Origin: Callorhinchus milii
Taxonomy: Eukaryota
Reading direction: 5' to 3'
Assembly (NCBI RefSeq): GCF_018977255.1
Contig: NW_024704743.1
Span: 75,580,001 to 75,644,000 of the forward strand
Length of the DNA: 64,000 bases
Below, piece after piece: positions 1-11,898 of this stretch. The position numbers were made by a program, and so were the translations under genes. Positions within the stretch are counted from its first letter, which is position 1. The number at the start of each line of letters is the position of its first letter. The notes under the pieces were generated by a model that saw only the letters and a program-made list of their open reading frames with translations, ran no database searches and had not been told where the DNA came from.

Positions 1-175
1 AGGCTAGTGCAGCCCCACTGAGGTAGATGAGGGAGGAGAGGCAGTGGATGAGGATGGCATGGCCAACTGTGTCGAAATGGCGGAGAGGTCGAGGATGAGG
101 AGGCAGAGAGAAAGGATGTCGTTCATGATCTTGACAAGACCCATCTCTGTTCTATAGGCAGGGTGGAAAACCATC
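1..175 (-). mobile_element. L2 LINE RT fragment at the left edge
   Basis: Reverse complement resembles the LLDLSAAFDTVDH region of the other copies. Confidence 0.8.
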
Positions 176-954
176 CTGGCAAGAAAACCTCTGATGGTAT
201 TATTTAAGGATAAAGTTCAGTTTTGAAACCTTGTTCCTTTTAGCTTTAAACACTAGGCACATTCATCCAAATTCACTGAGAGAAACAAATTCACTGACGT
301 TTATCCCATTATCATTTATATACAATGGCACAGATCAGCTGCCAGATTTGCCTATATAATAAGAATTGCTACACTACAAAGTAAGCCATTGAGGAAGCAC
401 TTGGAGCCATATTTATTATGTTTATTATGTGACAGTCGCCAATAGCAAAAAAAGGGACACTATTCAATACTGTAATACTGTATCAGTAGTCTAACCAGTC
501 CACCTGCAATTTATTACCTGTGTGTTCACATGTGTTCATTCAATTGGGCAGAAAGCTATGAAAGTCAGAAGGCTACAGTAAAACATAGAAGTCCCTTACT
601 GGTGTATTTCTTTATTTTCCATGTTCTTTTGTGCACAGAATAAGAGCAGGAAAAACTGTCATGTAAGAAACAGGCACAAAGCATTTGACTGAAATTGGCC
701 ACTGTTAGCAAATGCCATCTATTCTTGTGATTGACTAATAGATTATATCCTATAATTTCACACACCTCCTGCATATAGTTTTGGTGGATGAAGATGTGAT
801 TCTGCTGACAGGGAATGGGGCACCTTTCAAATTCTGTATGGTTGAACAGAGTAGATGACACTTTATTGTTACTGGCAACCTAGGTATCCCAACGCACAAT
901 CTGGAGTCTCCAAGTTTTGGTTCTCATCAACTTGCGTCTATTATTCTCCGGGAT

Positions 955-1115
955 TAGGTAAATGTCTGACACATGCGGAAACTCATCACCATGCATAAGC
1001 ATAGCCAAACCAGTCTGAGAGTTTCACACATATATATATCCCACCTACACATGGAAATTTCATTGTGTTTGGAATGGAATATGCACTCTCTCTCTCTGGA
1101 GGGACCACAAAAACA
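955..1115 (+). repeat. Old dispersed repeat of unidentified family; other copies at ~31100-31260 (-), 37530-37680 (+), 39555-39640 (+), 43700-43835 (-)
   Basis: Shared core TCTGACACATGCGGAAAC.CATCACCATGC.TAAG..TAT.CAAACCAG.CTGAG. Confidence 0.7.
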
Positions 1116-3871
1116 ATATTCTGTATGGTTGAACAAGTCAGATTAAACATCACTTTATTTTTACAATGTGAGAGGGCTTTTGTAGACTTTGAGATGACAG
1201 GACGGGTGCAGAATTAAATATTTTGATTGACTGGTCCTGTGTATATAACTGCATTATATACCGATAATCCTTACACTTGATATAGTGCCCTATCATGTCG
1301 ACAACAGTTCTCAAAGTGCTTTACAAAATAGAAAAGCGTAGTCACTGTATATTTGTAAGCGAAAACGGCAGAAAAGTTACACACAAATTGTACACAACAA
1401 TGTCGCACAAATAGCAGCAAAGTGAATGACCAATTTTACCTGGGGGATTGTAGGCCAGAACACTGGGAGAAATAGACTACCACGGAGGGCTGGATCAATT
1501 ATACAATGTTCCATTGCTAAGAATGTCAATTCTGAAATCCTTTTACATGCATGTCACCTTGTACCTAGTTCAGCTCCATGGGATCCTGCTTACCTCCTTC
1601 CAAGGAAGATAGTCATTAGCTCATCTTGATTTCAGAGTGACACACAGGACAAGACAATGAGTCCAGCAGGGTTTATATTGCATCATCCTTCTCTACTGCT
1701 GGCTTTGTGGCTGCTGATAGGGTTCACTAAACATAAACAGTGACTTCGGGAAGGCATGCGACAGATAGCTGCCAACAACAGAATATTTGAGCGTCTGAAT
1801 AACCTTCAACATCTACTGGAGCACGTGCAGAATAAAAGTCAGAATAATATGCAAATGTCAAAAGCAATTGTGGAAGTAAATTTTAATTCTACTCACAGAT
1901 TCCAAGTATTAAACTCCCATATGTTGCAATTAGATCTGCCCAGAATCTCAGCTAAGTTCATTAGGATCCCAGGCATTGGGTAACTAACTTGCTTAAATTG
2001 CGTTTGTGTCAAATTTCCATCCAACAATTTCTTCCGTAGATGAATTTCACAAACAATGACCTTCCTAAAGATATTATTGGTCCCATCATAATTTTGTTTT
2101 GTTTTGTTTGCGAAGAATTGTTCACAATTATGTGCCTGACGTTATGTACCTGAGCAATGGTGTATGACTGGACTTTGTGTTTCCAGCTGCTTCTTTACTC
2201 TAAATCAGAGGTTGCTGAATACACAGCCATGCAGAAAGGTTACTGAAGTATAGCACTCAAACTCAAGACTGCCATTGTTAAGGACGAAGTAGCTCAGAAC
2301 TTAAGTCTAAACCAGTGGTAGCCAACCTGTGGCTCGCTGGGCTGTCAAGAAGTTGCTCGAACATTCGCACAAATCTAGCATTAGTGCTCCACACCAATTG
2401 GTGCCCCCTTTCTTCCACCAAGGGTCCCAAAACATGATCTAATTTAAAACCCCCAAATCCCTTAATCCAGCCCTGGATACGATGCCAATTTATTGCAATC
2501 CTGTGAAGCAGTGAATTAAACATTGGCTCCAGGATTACCAAGTCATGCCAGAATCCCCAACTTGCCTGACAGTGTCAAGCATCAAATAGAGAATGGGAGC
2601 AATCTGCTGAAGTCAGAGGGTATTTAGCTCCAGATACGTATCTTTATGTAATGGCTGATATAAGGAATGTCTTACTACAGATTTGATCTGATAATTGTCA
2701 CATCCAAGTCTGTTACGAAAAGTCACATAGCTTCATCCTGTTATGGTTAATTTCTGCTCTGATGTTATGACACTCACTACGGGTATGCAAATAAAGGCAG
2801 TGTTTCAGGAAGCAATGCGTCACAGGCAAAGTTTGCAATGGAAATGAATTACCGAGAAACTGAAAGATGAAAGTGTACAGAAAGAGATACCTTAACTACA
2901 CGACATACCATCAATAACCGGAAAATCAGCATGGTTGTCAAATTGGATTTCTTTGCTATCGTTGTAACCCCAGAACTACTTCATGACTAGACTTTCAACA
3001 TTTCAGACTTTTAGTTTTGAATTTTGAATCAAATTGAATGGCTTCAATAGGTATTAACACAAGTAAGCTTTGACAAGGTTTAATATCACTTTCCATTTAA
3101 TTAATAATATTTTTTCCATTTACTTAATAATATTTTTGCATTTGATATAATGCCGTAGCATTTCATTTGAGACATCTCAATGATTTGATAAGGCGCTATA
3201 TCAAATGCAAGGATTATTATTATCAAAGTGGATGAAAGTTTTTTCACAGAATTTAATGCAGAGTGCACTGACATCTTATTTACAAGTGAACCTGGAGAAT
3301 GTGCAGTTAATTTATGCAAAGCAATAACAAACAGCCTTCAAGTGAATGAACAATTTTATCTAGAGGATTGTTGGCCAGGTCACCGGGTGGAACTCCGGTC
3401 TCTTTCTGAATAGTACGGTGAGATTCTTAACGTTCACCTAAACAGGCGAATGCTCATCTGAAGGACGGCACCTCTGACAATGCAGCAGTACCTGCGCGCT
3501 GTATTGCAATGTCAATGGGCTTGTGAGTTTTGGCACACTGGAATGAATCTTATACAGGGCTTAAGAAACAGGTACCAACAAGAGGTGTCTAAAAGCCCTC
3601 TTACTGTGTGGGTGCTGGCAAAAATCTATGCATCATAAAAAGTGTTTTCTCCAAATGCTCAACATGCATTGGAGATGAAGTCTTGTGAGCCTGAGTTCCT
3701 GTACAGGGGATTTTCAGGAGAAAACCCTGTTTACTTAACTAGGTGCATTTGTTGTGGGGCTGTTTCTTTGCTGCCAAAACAAAAACAAGTATTGGTGTAA
3801 GGTCAGAAAGCAAAATGCTGGCTGCTGAACAGTTTTGCTGGCCTTTGGGATAAGAGAATTTGGTGACAAAT

Positions 3872-4290
3872 AATAGTAATAATCCTTGCACTTGGTTTAG
3901 TGTCTTATCATGTCAGAAGGATGTTTCAATGCGCTTCACAGGCATTCCTGTGAAAATTGAGTTACTGTTTATTTGTAGGCAAATGAGGCAGCCCAATTGT
4001 GCACAGCAGTGTCCTACGAACAGCTTTGAAACAAATGACCAATTTTGTTTTGGGTGATTGTTGGTCAGGACACCTGGAGAAACTCCCTTCTTTTTTCAAA
4101 TAGCGCCACTTGGGGCCTTTGGTGGCAGACAGGTGCTCTGTTACCGTCTCATCCGACGGACGGAATCTCCGACAATGCAGCACACCCCAGCACTGCATTG
4201 GAGTGTCAGCTTAGACTATGTGAGATCACATCCTGATGTGGAATTTGAACACACAATCTTCTGACCCAGAGGAGATAGCCAAGCTGGCAC
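3872..4290 (-). mobile_element. Older Deu-domain SINE with a different head. Related decayed copies at ~4740-4977, 40135-40590, 41885-42500, 57535-57810
   Basis: Decayed tRNA-like head, TGCTGCATTGTCGGAG..CCGTC core and the shared tail. Confidence 0.7.
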
Positions 4291-5459
4291 TCATTTTGCC
4301 AAATCTCACAATTTCAGTGCCAAATAAGATGTCAGAATTAACCCAGCAACTGTTCCTGAATAGTAAAGTAATCAGGTGGAAATAATATAGTAGGTCTATT
4401 ATAGTGTCCCTATTAAGGAACCTCTGCTTACTCCTTCCTGCAGCTCATTTGTTTTTGTGTTTGAATAATTAACTAACCACATGCCTCTGCTGCTGTTTCC
4501 ATTAGAGATGCGTGAGTATAGATTTGATTTGTTACTGGTACAGCAGTGTCACCAGGACTCATGCTTGGGACAGAAGAAAAGGCTGATAGAAAGGGTGGTG
4601 TTTCAGAGAATCTGTAGTCAGCAGATGTGAATTGTCGAAATTGGACCAGGCCTGACCCTGCACTACTACTGGCACAAAGTTTGCACACACAGTAAATGTT
4701 TTATTTTGGCATATGTGACTGTTTAAACAACCATGAGGTGAAGGAGGCCGGGATAAACTACCTTCTCTTTTCGAGTCGTGTCACGGGATTTTTAATGTCA
4801 ACTTGAACAGGGACCTCGGATTAATGTCTCATCTGAAAAATGGTACTTCTGACAATGCAGCACACCCCAGCACTCCACTCGGGTGTCTACCTGGATGATG
4901 AACTCAAGCTCTGACATGTGCTGCATACCACAACTTTCTGATGAAAAGGCGAGAGTGCTACCAACTAAGCCAAGCTGTGGCCAGATATAACAAGTTCAAG
5001 CAGTTCTGGCCCTGAATACAATTCATTCTTTGCAGAAATCATTGACTCAAATATTATAAAATTACTTATGAATGTTAAAAGTTATGCATTTCCACGGCTC
5101 ACACATTTGGCATTTTATAATAGAAGGCCCCTCTGAGATCTCTGTCACTTTGTCAGGGAAAGATCCCATGGGAAAACCAGACAGAGAGAGAAAAATTGGA
5201 CAAAAAAATTAGAGAAGAACAGTGAACCCATAACCCCCTGTGGACCTGCTAAAGGCTAACGTAAGAACTGCTGGTAAATTGCAGGGACATCTCACTCACC
5301 CATCCCTCAACTGGGAAGAAACCTAAAAAGAAAAATCAGCGTAAAATATATCAGTACATTGTTTGCATACCTTAGGAAGGCTTAGGGTGTGAATGAATGG
5401 AGCAACAAGCACAGAAAAGTGGACAATAGAGATGTCCTAGAGTTAAACCATTCACTTAC

Positions 5460-5517
5460 CTATATAGATACTTTTGAGAGCCATTCTAGCAGGGCTTTCT
5501 TCATCAACACTCTGGAT
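5460..5517 (-). CDS. ITPRID1: ITPRID1 coding exon 9: IQSVDEESPARMALKSIYI
   Basis: 58 nt, strong acceptor tttctttttctctcag and donor G|gtaagt. Resembles the VQSFEEE exon that follows DSFEMEE in ITPRID1 as recalled. Confidence 0.85.
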
Positions 5518-6322
5518 CTGAGAGAAAAAGAAAGGAAGCACTACTCAGTTCAATTTTCATGTAATTTTCCTCCCAATTGTCAATCACTGGATATATTATA
5601 ATTCAGTAGGATTTTTTAAAAAAACAAACAAATGAAATGAATTGTAGAAGCAAGCTAATTCGGAGTTCACTTGGTATAATAATCAAAAAGAATTAGCAAA
5701 CTCTCCAAACTGGTTTGAATTTTCAAAACCTACGACCTCAATTCTGGTTTAAATGGAGTAAAATGATAGGAAATAATAGTGCACTATCCTAGGTTGACAG
5801 TGAATTGGAAGTTACCAAAATTTAGATCAAACCAAACTTCTGCCTGATCTGTACCTTTCTCATAAATTTTAACTTATCCAGAACTATTATCAAATGGAAG
5901 ACGGCAATTTGTATTGTGATATTTAAAATTAGTAGTGGCAACATGGCAATCCTTCTGTACTGTGTATAGAACAGACTTTCAGGAAAATAATATGATTATG
6001 TAATGATTCTCAGACCAGGCTTGAGTAGGAACTGCTGTCACTCAGGCAGAAACTTGAAAACTTCCATGTGCAATGAATCATTTACATTTAACCGCATTAG
6101 AGGTTAGGATGCATTAAAAGAGTAGAACAAGAGGACATAGATTTATAGTTCCAAAGGGCAGACATGAACTATTTTTTCACCCTGAATGCAATTAGTGACT
6201 AGATCAGGTTGCCAGAGAGGGTGGTTCTGCACAGGATGCTGGACTCACTCGCGGAGATAAACAGCAGCTCAGACTGGATGGGCCGAAAGACAAATTCTGT
6301 GCTCTAACCCTTTATGATTTAC

Positions 6323-6830
6323 CTCTTCCAGTTCAAAGGAGTCTGGTAACTGATCCCCTTGCAGAGTTTCAATGTATTTGCCGGGGATTCAATCAATCGG
6401 GACTCTTGGAGGGCTTGGCGCTTGGCAGATAATTCCAGTGTCCAAAGGCCTTGGGCTTCTGTCAGCCTGGTGCGTCTCCTCTTTCCCATGTTTTGCTCCT
6501 CAGTTAGCATTGGTGCAATGCTGTTTTCAGGAATGCTCAGTTGAGTGCACTGAAAAGCACTGTGCTTTGCTGAGCTTAAGAACTTTCCTCCCTCCTCACA
6601 GTTTTCCTTGCTGTAAATCGAGTCTTCACTGTTCTTCAGTAGATTCTTTTGTGCTGCTCTTTTTAGCAACATGGTAATCCTTCTGTAATTTTTCCTGACC
6701 TCCACGTGCTGTTTCCTTTCTCTTGAGACATTTTCCTTAAGTTGACTTTGGCTGGTATAGGGCATCTCAGTGTAAAAGGAGGAGAATGCATTGGTCACAT
6801 GTTTTAGGAGTGTAAGCTGCTTGAAGCGAC
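6323..6830 (-). CDS. ITPRID1: ITPRID1 coding exon 8: (S)RFKQLTLLKHVTNAFSS...PDSFELEE, with an apparent 1-nt frameshift near its 3' end
   Basis: cacttag| ... GAG|gtaaat. RFKQL..L.HVTNAFSS and RR...LL.RA lie in one frame; the conserved terminal PDSFELEE lies in another. Confidence 0.88.
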
Positions 6831-8045
6831 CTAAGTGGAAGAGGGGAGAAACAGAAACCATGAATTTGTTGTGGAGCAACATATCACAAGACCACAAGAC
6901 TGCTTTGGATTAAGAAGGCCCTTCGGCCCATTTGATCCCATCCCACGAGAATATCTACATTACAGTCTTCCCATCACAGCACTAAGCTGTTTTTTAAATG
7001 AGTCCAGTGGCCTCACCACCCTTCCTGGTAGTCTGTTCCTGTCGCTAATGAACCTCTGGATAAAGAAATGCTTCCTGGTGTCTGTCCTGAAATTTCCCTT
7101 TGAAGCTCTATATCTGTGTTCTCTTGTTAAATCACCTTAGTGCATAAGACAAGAGATGATCACCGTGGAGGAAATACCATTTCTCTCTTAAACATCAGAC
7201 ATCACAGGTCTCTGCAGTGAAACCTGTATCTCTACTTTATTCTCAGAAAGGTCCTAGCTTCAATCTTGATCTGTGTTGGCTGTTAGCTGATCTCAGCTGG
7301 GCCAGCAGTTGGGGGATGCTCCACTTGGTTTCAGTATTCCAGAGATAGGGAACAATAAAATAGTCAGCATCATCACCATCAACTGGTCATGCACAGCACA
7401 GCTATGATGCTACCTGCCCTTTCCATTCCCCAATGGAATAAATCTATTGAGATTTATGCATTTAAGTATGAAGGTTGGCAGTTGAACTGACCTTAAGTGA
7501 TTCAAGGCATGACTCAAGACCCTCCTTTTTGACCATGCCTTTGGCCGCTCTCCTACCCCCTCTTGCCCTCCCTCATCCCAACTCTGCCCCCCACGCTTGG
7601 GTCCTGATCCCTGACTGTTCAGCGCCTTGGGACGTCGTCCCGACAAATGGGATGTTTTGTTGGTGATATTGACGTTGTTGATTGAGGGAAATTTCACAGG
7701 AGGCAGAAATATAATGTGAAAAGATTTCAGGCACGTTAAATCTGTGAGAATATTATGCACTCTGCACAGTATTGCTGCATGGTCAAAATAATTGATTGCA
7801 ATGGGAGGAATAATGAACATGCATTGCTCTCTTCCAAAAGTGACATTCAGACACCTATGATGAAACATTTGCTGTGCAAAAAGTGCTTTGAGACGTCATG
7901 CGTGAAATGACATAAGTAAATGTAAATTACATTGAGAGTTAAGTCAACTCAGCATACAATGTAAAGGGGAATAAATTCTACTGGGAAATTCAGTTCAGTA
8001 ACCCAACCCAGTCCGATCAGTCTGCTTGTACAGAATGCTGCTTAC

Positions 8046-8248
8046 TATACACATCTGGGCACTCTAGTGCAATCCGCAACTTCTGTGCCTTGTGAAAGAC
8101 TTCCATGTTTATTCCAATTGCTGCTGAAGGGTTGTTGAGGAAGCGATTTGGGATTTTATGGGACATGTTAGGCTCGTCTTTGCCAAAGCCAAGATCTATC
8201 AGAAACTCCTCAGGATCATCTTCGTAGAAATTCAGGATCTCAACAACA
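8046..8248 (-). CDS. ITPRID1: ITPRID1 coding exon 7, core of the KRAP IP3R-binding domain: VVEILNFYEDDPEEFLIDLGFGKDEPNMSHKIPNRFL...ECPDVY
   Basis: 203 nt, ttttacag| ... |gtaagc. DPEE.L.DLGFG.DEP....IP.RF and GIN..VF..AQ..R are the ITPRID1/ITPRID2/TESPA1 signature. Confidence 0.95.
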
Positions 8249-8373
8249 CTGTAAAAAAATCCGAATATAACAGTTAAGGATTTCATGGTATTAGCAGTCA
8301 CAGGTACAACACATAACAAGAAAGTTCATCAATCCCAAAACTGGAAATCTGTGTTTTATTGAAATTAAATCAT

Positions 8374-8686
8374 AAATGTAGATCCCATAATTCAGCTGGA
8401 TGTTATTGATCCCCACTGGAATGCTATTTAAAATAAACATTTTCTCAAAGTTATCTTGCTTTATAATTTTTTCCTCATCCAAATTGAAATGAATCAGCTC
8501 CTTGTCATTGTTTGAAGGATGGTGGTGACAAAAATCTGTTGCCGCTTTAGCCTCTGTAACGACATTCACCTCATTTCTAATTCTGTAACACAAGTCCGGG
8601 TGCTTCCGAGTCCAAAATAATGTTTCTTTGAAATAGTGACCCAATGGGCATCAATTATATCCAGTTGAATTATGGGATCTACATTT
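8374..8686. mobile_element. MITE-like element with 46-bp terminal inverted repeats
   Basis: 8374-8419 matches the reverse complement of 8641-8686 at 41 of 46 positions. Confidence 0.7.
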
Positions 8687-9035
8687 TCTGTAAAAGCTGT
8701 TATGTAAGGGTATATTTTTGTGCATGAGTATTACAATGTCAATAGATGTCCACACATACATGAACTGCTACCAGAAATGTATTTAGCCATGTCTGCTTCC
8801 CAAATAATGTCAGTCAAATTGGAAAGAGACTGGGAGCAGAGTCACCTGATATTCAGGCACATCTCCTGATCTCCCCTGTATTTGGGAAGAGGAGATGGCA
8901 AAAGTAGAAATCTAGCAGCAGTGTGCACATTTGTGAGGGTCTGCCACACATACACAAAATAAGAAGTTCACGCATAAAAGGACTGTCCGTTGTCACAAGC
9001 GCCACAAAATATACAGTCAATTCACTTTATAGTAT

Positions 9036-9254
9036 CAGAAGTCGCTGGGGACACTCAGCAGGTCAGGCAGCATTGCTGGAGAAAGGAAAGTGAGTCAACA
9101 TTTCAGGTCCACAACCCTTCATCAGAACGCAAAGTTCAGAACGTTTCGGATCATGGACCTGAAACGTTGACTCCATAGATGCTGCCTGTCCTGCTGAGTG
9201 TTCTCAGCAACTTCTGTTTTTGTCTCAGATTTCTGCATCTGCAGTATTTTGAGT
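9036..9254. mobile_element. Penelope-like inverted terminal-repeat fragment inserted in a SINE
   Basis: Two inverted arms (9036-9128 and ~9133-9216); near-duplicate 15-bp flanks TTCACTTTATAGTAT / TTCACTGTATAGAAT; CTGATGA...GAAA core on the minus strand. Confidence 0.7.
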
Positions 9255-9517
9255 TTCACTGTATAGAATATTCTGTGAAGTGCTTTGAGACGTTTTGAAG
9301 ATGTGATAAGGTGCTACATCAAATGCAAGCCTTCTTCTTATTATTATAAGCACCACGTACAATTCAAAATGATGGTTACAGAGGGTTGGACTGCGGCACC
9401 ACCTCCAGTTAAATGCCACATAGCGTCCGGAACTTCAAAATAAAAACAATAGCTTTCTAATTTTAAAAATAACATTTACATAGATTTATTAACACTTAAA
9501 GCCTCAGAGTAACTCAC

Positions 9518-9604
9518 CTCCTTGGCCCACTGTTGACGGTGGTGGTAGAAGTCAGGCTGTTCCACCTGCTCAGCACACGGGTTTCAGAGGCAGCACGCAA
9601 GGTT
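9518..9604 (-). CDS. ITPRID1: ITPRID1 coding exon 6: TLRAASETRVLSRWNSLTSTTTVNSGPR(S)
   Basis: 87 nt, ggttag| ... |gtgagt, phase 2 to 2. SET..LSR motif. Confidence 0.88.
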
Positions 9605-10643
9605 CTAACCAGACACAAAAATATGGACACATTAATTAACCCTTAACTCAAGAGGAGGAGTGTGAAACACAGCTCAACTTCCCTGGTAACAATGACCTGT
9701 TTAATTTACCAGTGTGAAACAGGGTTGAATTCTTTAGAATTATAGAATATTACAACACTGAAAAAGGCTATGTGACCTATCAAGTCTACAGTGGTGTTTT
9801 TCTCCATATTGAGCCATGTATTCCAATTCCACTCTCTTGTTCATTTTGTTACATTTCACTTTTCCCCAAGCATCTATCTAACTCTGATTTCAAGTATTTC
9901 ATTGGCTCTGTTTCAACTACGGTTTGTGGTAGATACACAAAAGAAATTGAGAGATTTGTTTTCCTTCCATGAGGAAGGAATTTATCTTTTACACTATTTT
10001 TTAATAGTGTGGTTCCCAGCAGATCCAGAATTCAAAAGGCCAGCAATAATTCCAATCATGTGCCTTTATGCGCCAAAATAACCCCCCATTAATGGGAGTA
10101 TTGGTGTAAGCATACGTTGTGATATTATTGTGATACTTGCACATTGGAACCAAGATGCCTTCACAAGTATGGAATGTTCCCAGGCCTGCTCGCTCCTTTC
10201 CTGTCATCAAGTCGGATCTGCGGAATGCAGAGACCACAAGAAAGCCGACTCTAAAGTCAAGTCCGAGCAGGTCTGGAGCCGGGATAGTTGACCACTGTAC
10301 ACTACAGTAGTTTACCAAGCGTTCTGGGACCCTACCTTGCATGAGGGGTGCTTTATAAATGCAAGTTGTTGTTGTTACCCTTGGGAATAGAAATGAAACT
10401 GGTAGTAATAGTGTAAAAGGATTCTAGTTCCTTCCTTCCTCTTTGCACAAGCATTTGCACATGATTAACCAAACCTGCAAATTAGACCCCACAATCTTAA
10501 ATGCTTCATTCAGCATCACCTTCATCAACACAGCCCAGATCAGGAACTTGCAGTGTGGAGAGTTTACTCAATTTTACTAGTTTACTCAATTGGAGAGTTT
10601 ACTCTAATTTCTCAGTCTTTCAGAGTTCAAAATATAAACTAAC

Positions 10644-10695
10644 CTCAAGTATTCCTGCACGGACAAACCTTGTATTCCAGTTTGATATAGATTAG
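10644..10695 (-). CDS. ITPRID1: ITPRID1 coding exon 5: (A)NLYQTGIQGLSVQEYL(R)
   Basis: 52 nt, cctacag| ... |gttagt, phase 1 to 2. LY..G....V..Y.R pattern. Confidence 0.87.
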
Positions 10696-10971
10696 CTGTA
10701 GGGGAAGCGGAAATGCATTTTAATTAATAATTACACCATGAACCAAATAGTCAATCACTAATTAGATTTCGTATAATGTAAATGCATTGGTTTAACATGT
10801 TTCAATGTCACCGATGGGCGCAGGATAATCAACTAGGTTCAAAGCCCTTGAGGTTTCAAGATATACCACTGAATACTTTCCAATACTTTGTCACAAAAAT
10901 GTAGTTTGCTGATTAGATTTTTACAATACAATAAGAATACTAAATTAAACAAAATTATCTGCAACACTCAC

Positions 10972-11025
10972 CTTCCACTCCCAGCATTAAGTCATCTTCT
11001 GTGCTGCCAAACCTCCTCAGGATGT
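10972..11025 (-). CDS. ITPRID1: ITPRID1 coding exon 4: (D)ILRRFGSTEDDLMLGVE
   Basis: 54 nt symmetric phase-1 exon, caccag| ... |gtgagt. Carries the GS.EDDL.LG.EA motif of the ITPRID/TESPA1 family. Confidence 0.9.
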
Positions 11026-11607
11026 CTGGTGAATTGGACAGAGATAAGGATTTACTCATGCGGTATTCTAGCCCTTTACAGTGACACCATTCCCACACCA
11101 ACAAATCCACCCCACCCCATCCATAGTAAGTGACTTGTGCTAATTTCTCTTTCCTTAGCAGCACAGCAAAAATGCTTTAGAGTTCCACAAACGTAATAAT
11201 AATAACAATAATTCTTGCATTCGATATAACGCCTTATCATGTCTTCCAGATCTCTCAAAGCGCTTCACAGAATATATTGTAAAGTGGATTGACTGTATAT
11301 TTTGTGGGTGAAACATCCTCAGAAACCTTTCCAGCACAACTAGAATGATAATTAGAATTTTTTGGGGGGGATTAAACTTTTAAGTCATATATTGGCACCA
11401 GAGAACTGGAGATCTGGCTGAAAATGGAAGAATTTGCTCCTGTATTTATCGGGATTCCTAGGAACAGCCAGAAAACCCTTCAACAGCTATTTGTCCATGA
11501 CCCTCTTTACACAAGCATTTGCACATGGTTAACCAAACCTGCAATAGTCGCAATAGTTATGCTGACATCAAGGCGCTCAACTTTTCTTTGACACATCAGT
11601 TGGCAAT

Positions 11608-11778
11608 CAGATCTGTGATAAGTGGAGACAACTGGCGTTCTCTGGTACGTAGGGAAAACTGTAAATCTGAGGCTTCAGGAGATAACTAAAGATCTGTGAT
11701 ATGTGGAAACAACTGGAGATATCTGGCATGGGGAGACAATGGGAGATCTCTGACTTGAGGAGACAACTGGTGATCTGA
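11608..11778 (+). repeat. Degenerate ~26-27-bp minisatellite (GGAGACAACTGGAGATCT...)
   Basis: About six recurring units. Confidence 0.7.
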
Positions 11779-11898
11779 TTCTAAGGTAAGCCTTGCTTAA
11801 TCTAGAACCAGCAGAATTGCCCACTCTACATTACAGTTCCCTCCAGAGACAAACTCGTAATGAAAAGTGGTATAAGTCACACAATCTCAACAACAGGT

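Noticed and set aside
831..1164. Short direct duplication ATTCTGTATGGTTGAACA...CACTTTATT at ~831 and ~1118
   Set aside because: Real, but probably a by-product of the adjacent old repeat insertion, with no sign of function.
1..5459. Next ITPRID1 exon (expected SCQSDSSGF motif) and ORF 4473-4688
   Set aside because: Motif not found by eye and the ORF shows no family similarity; the exon probably lies left of the window.
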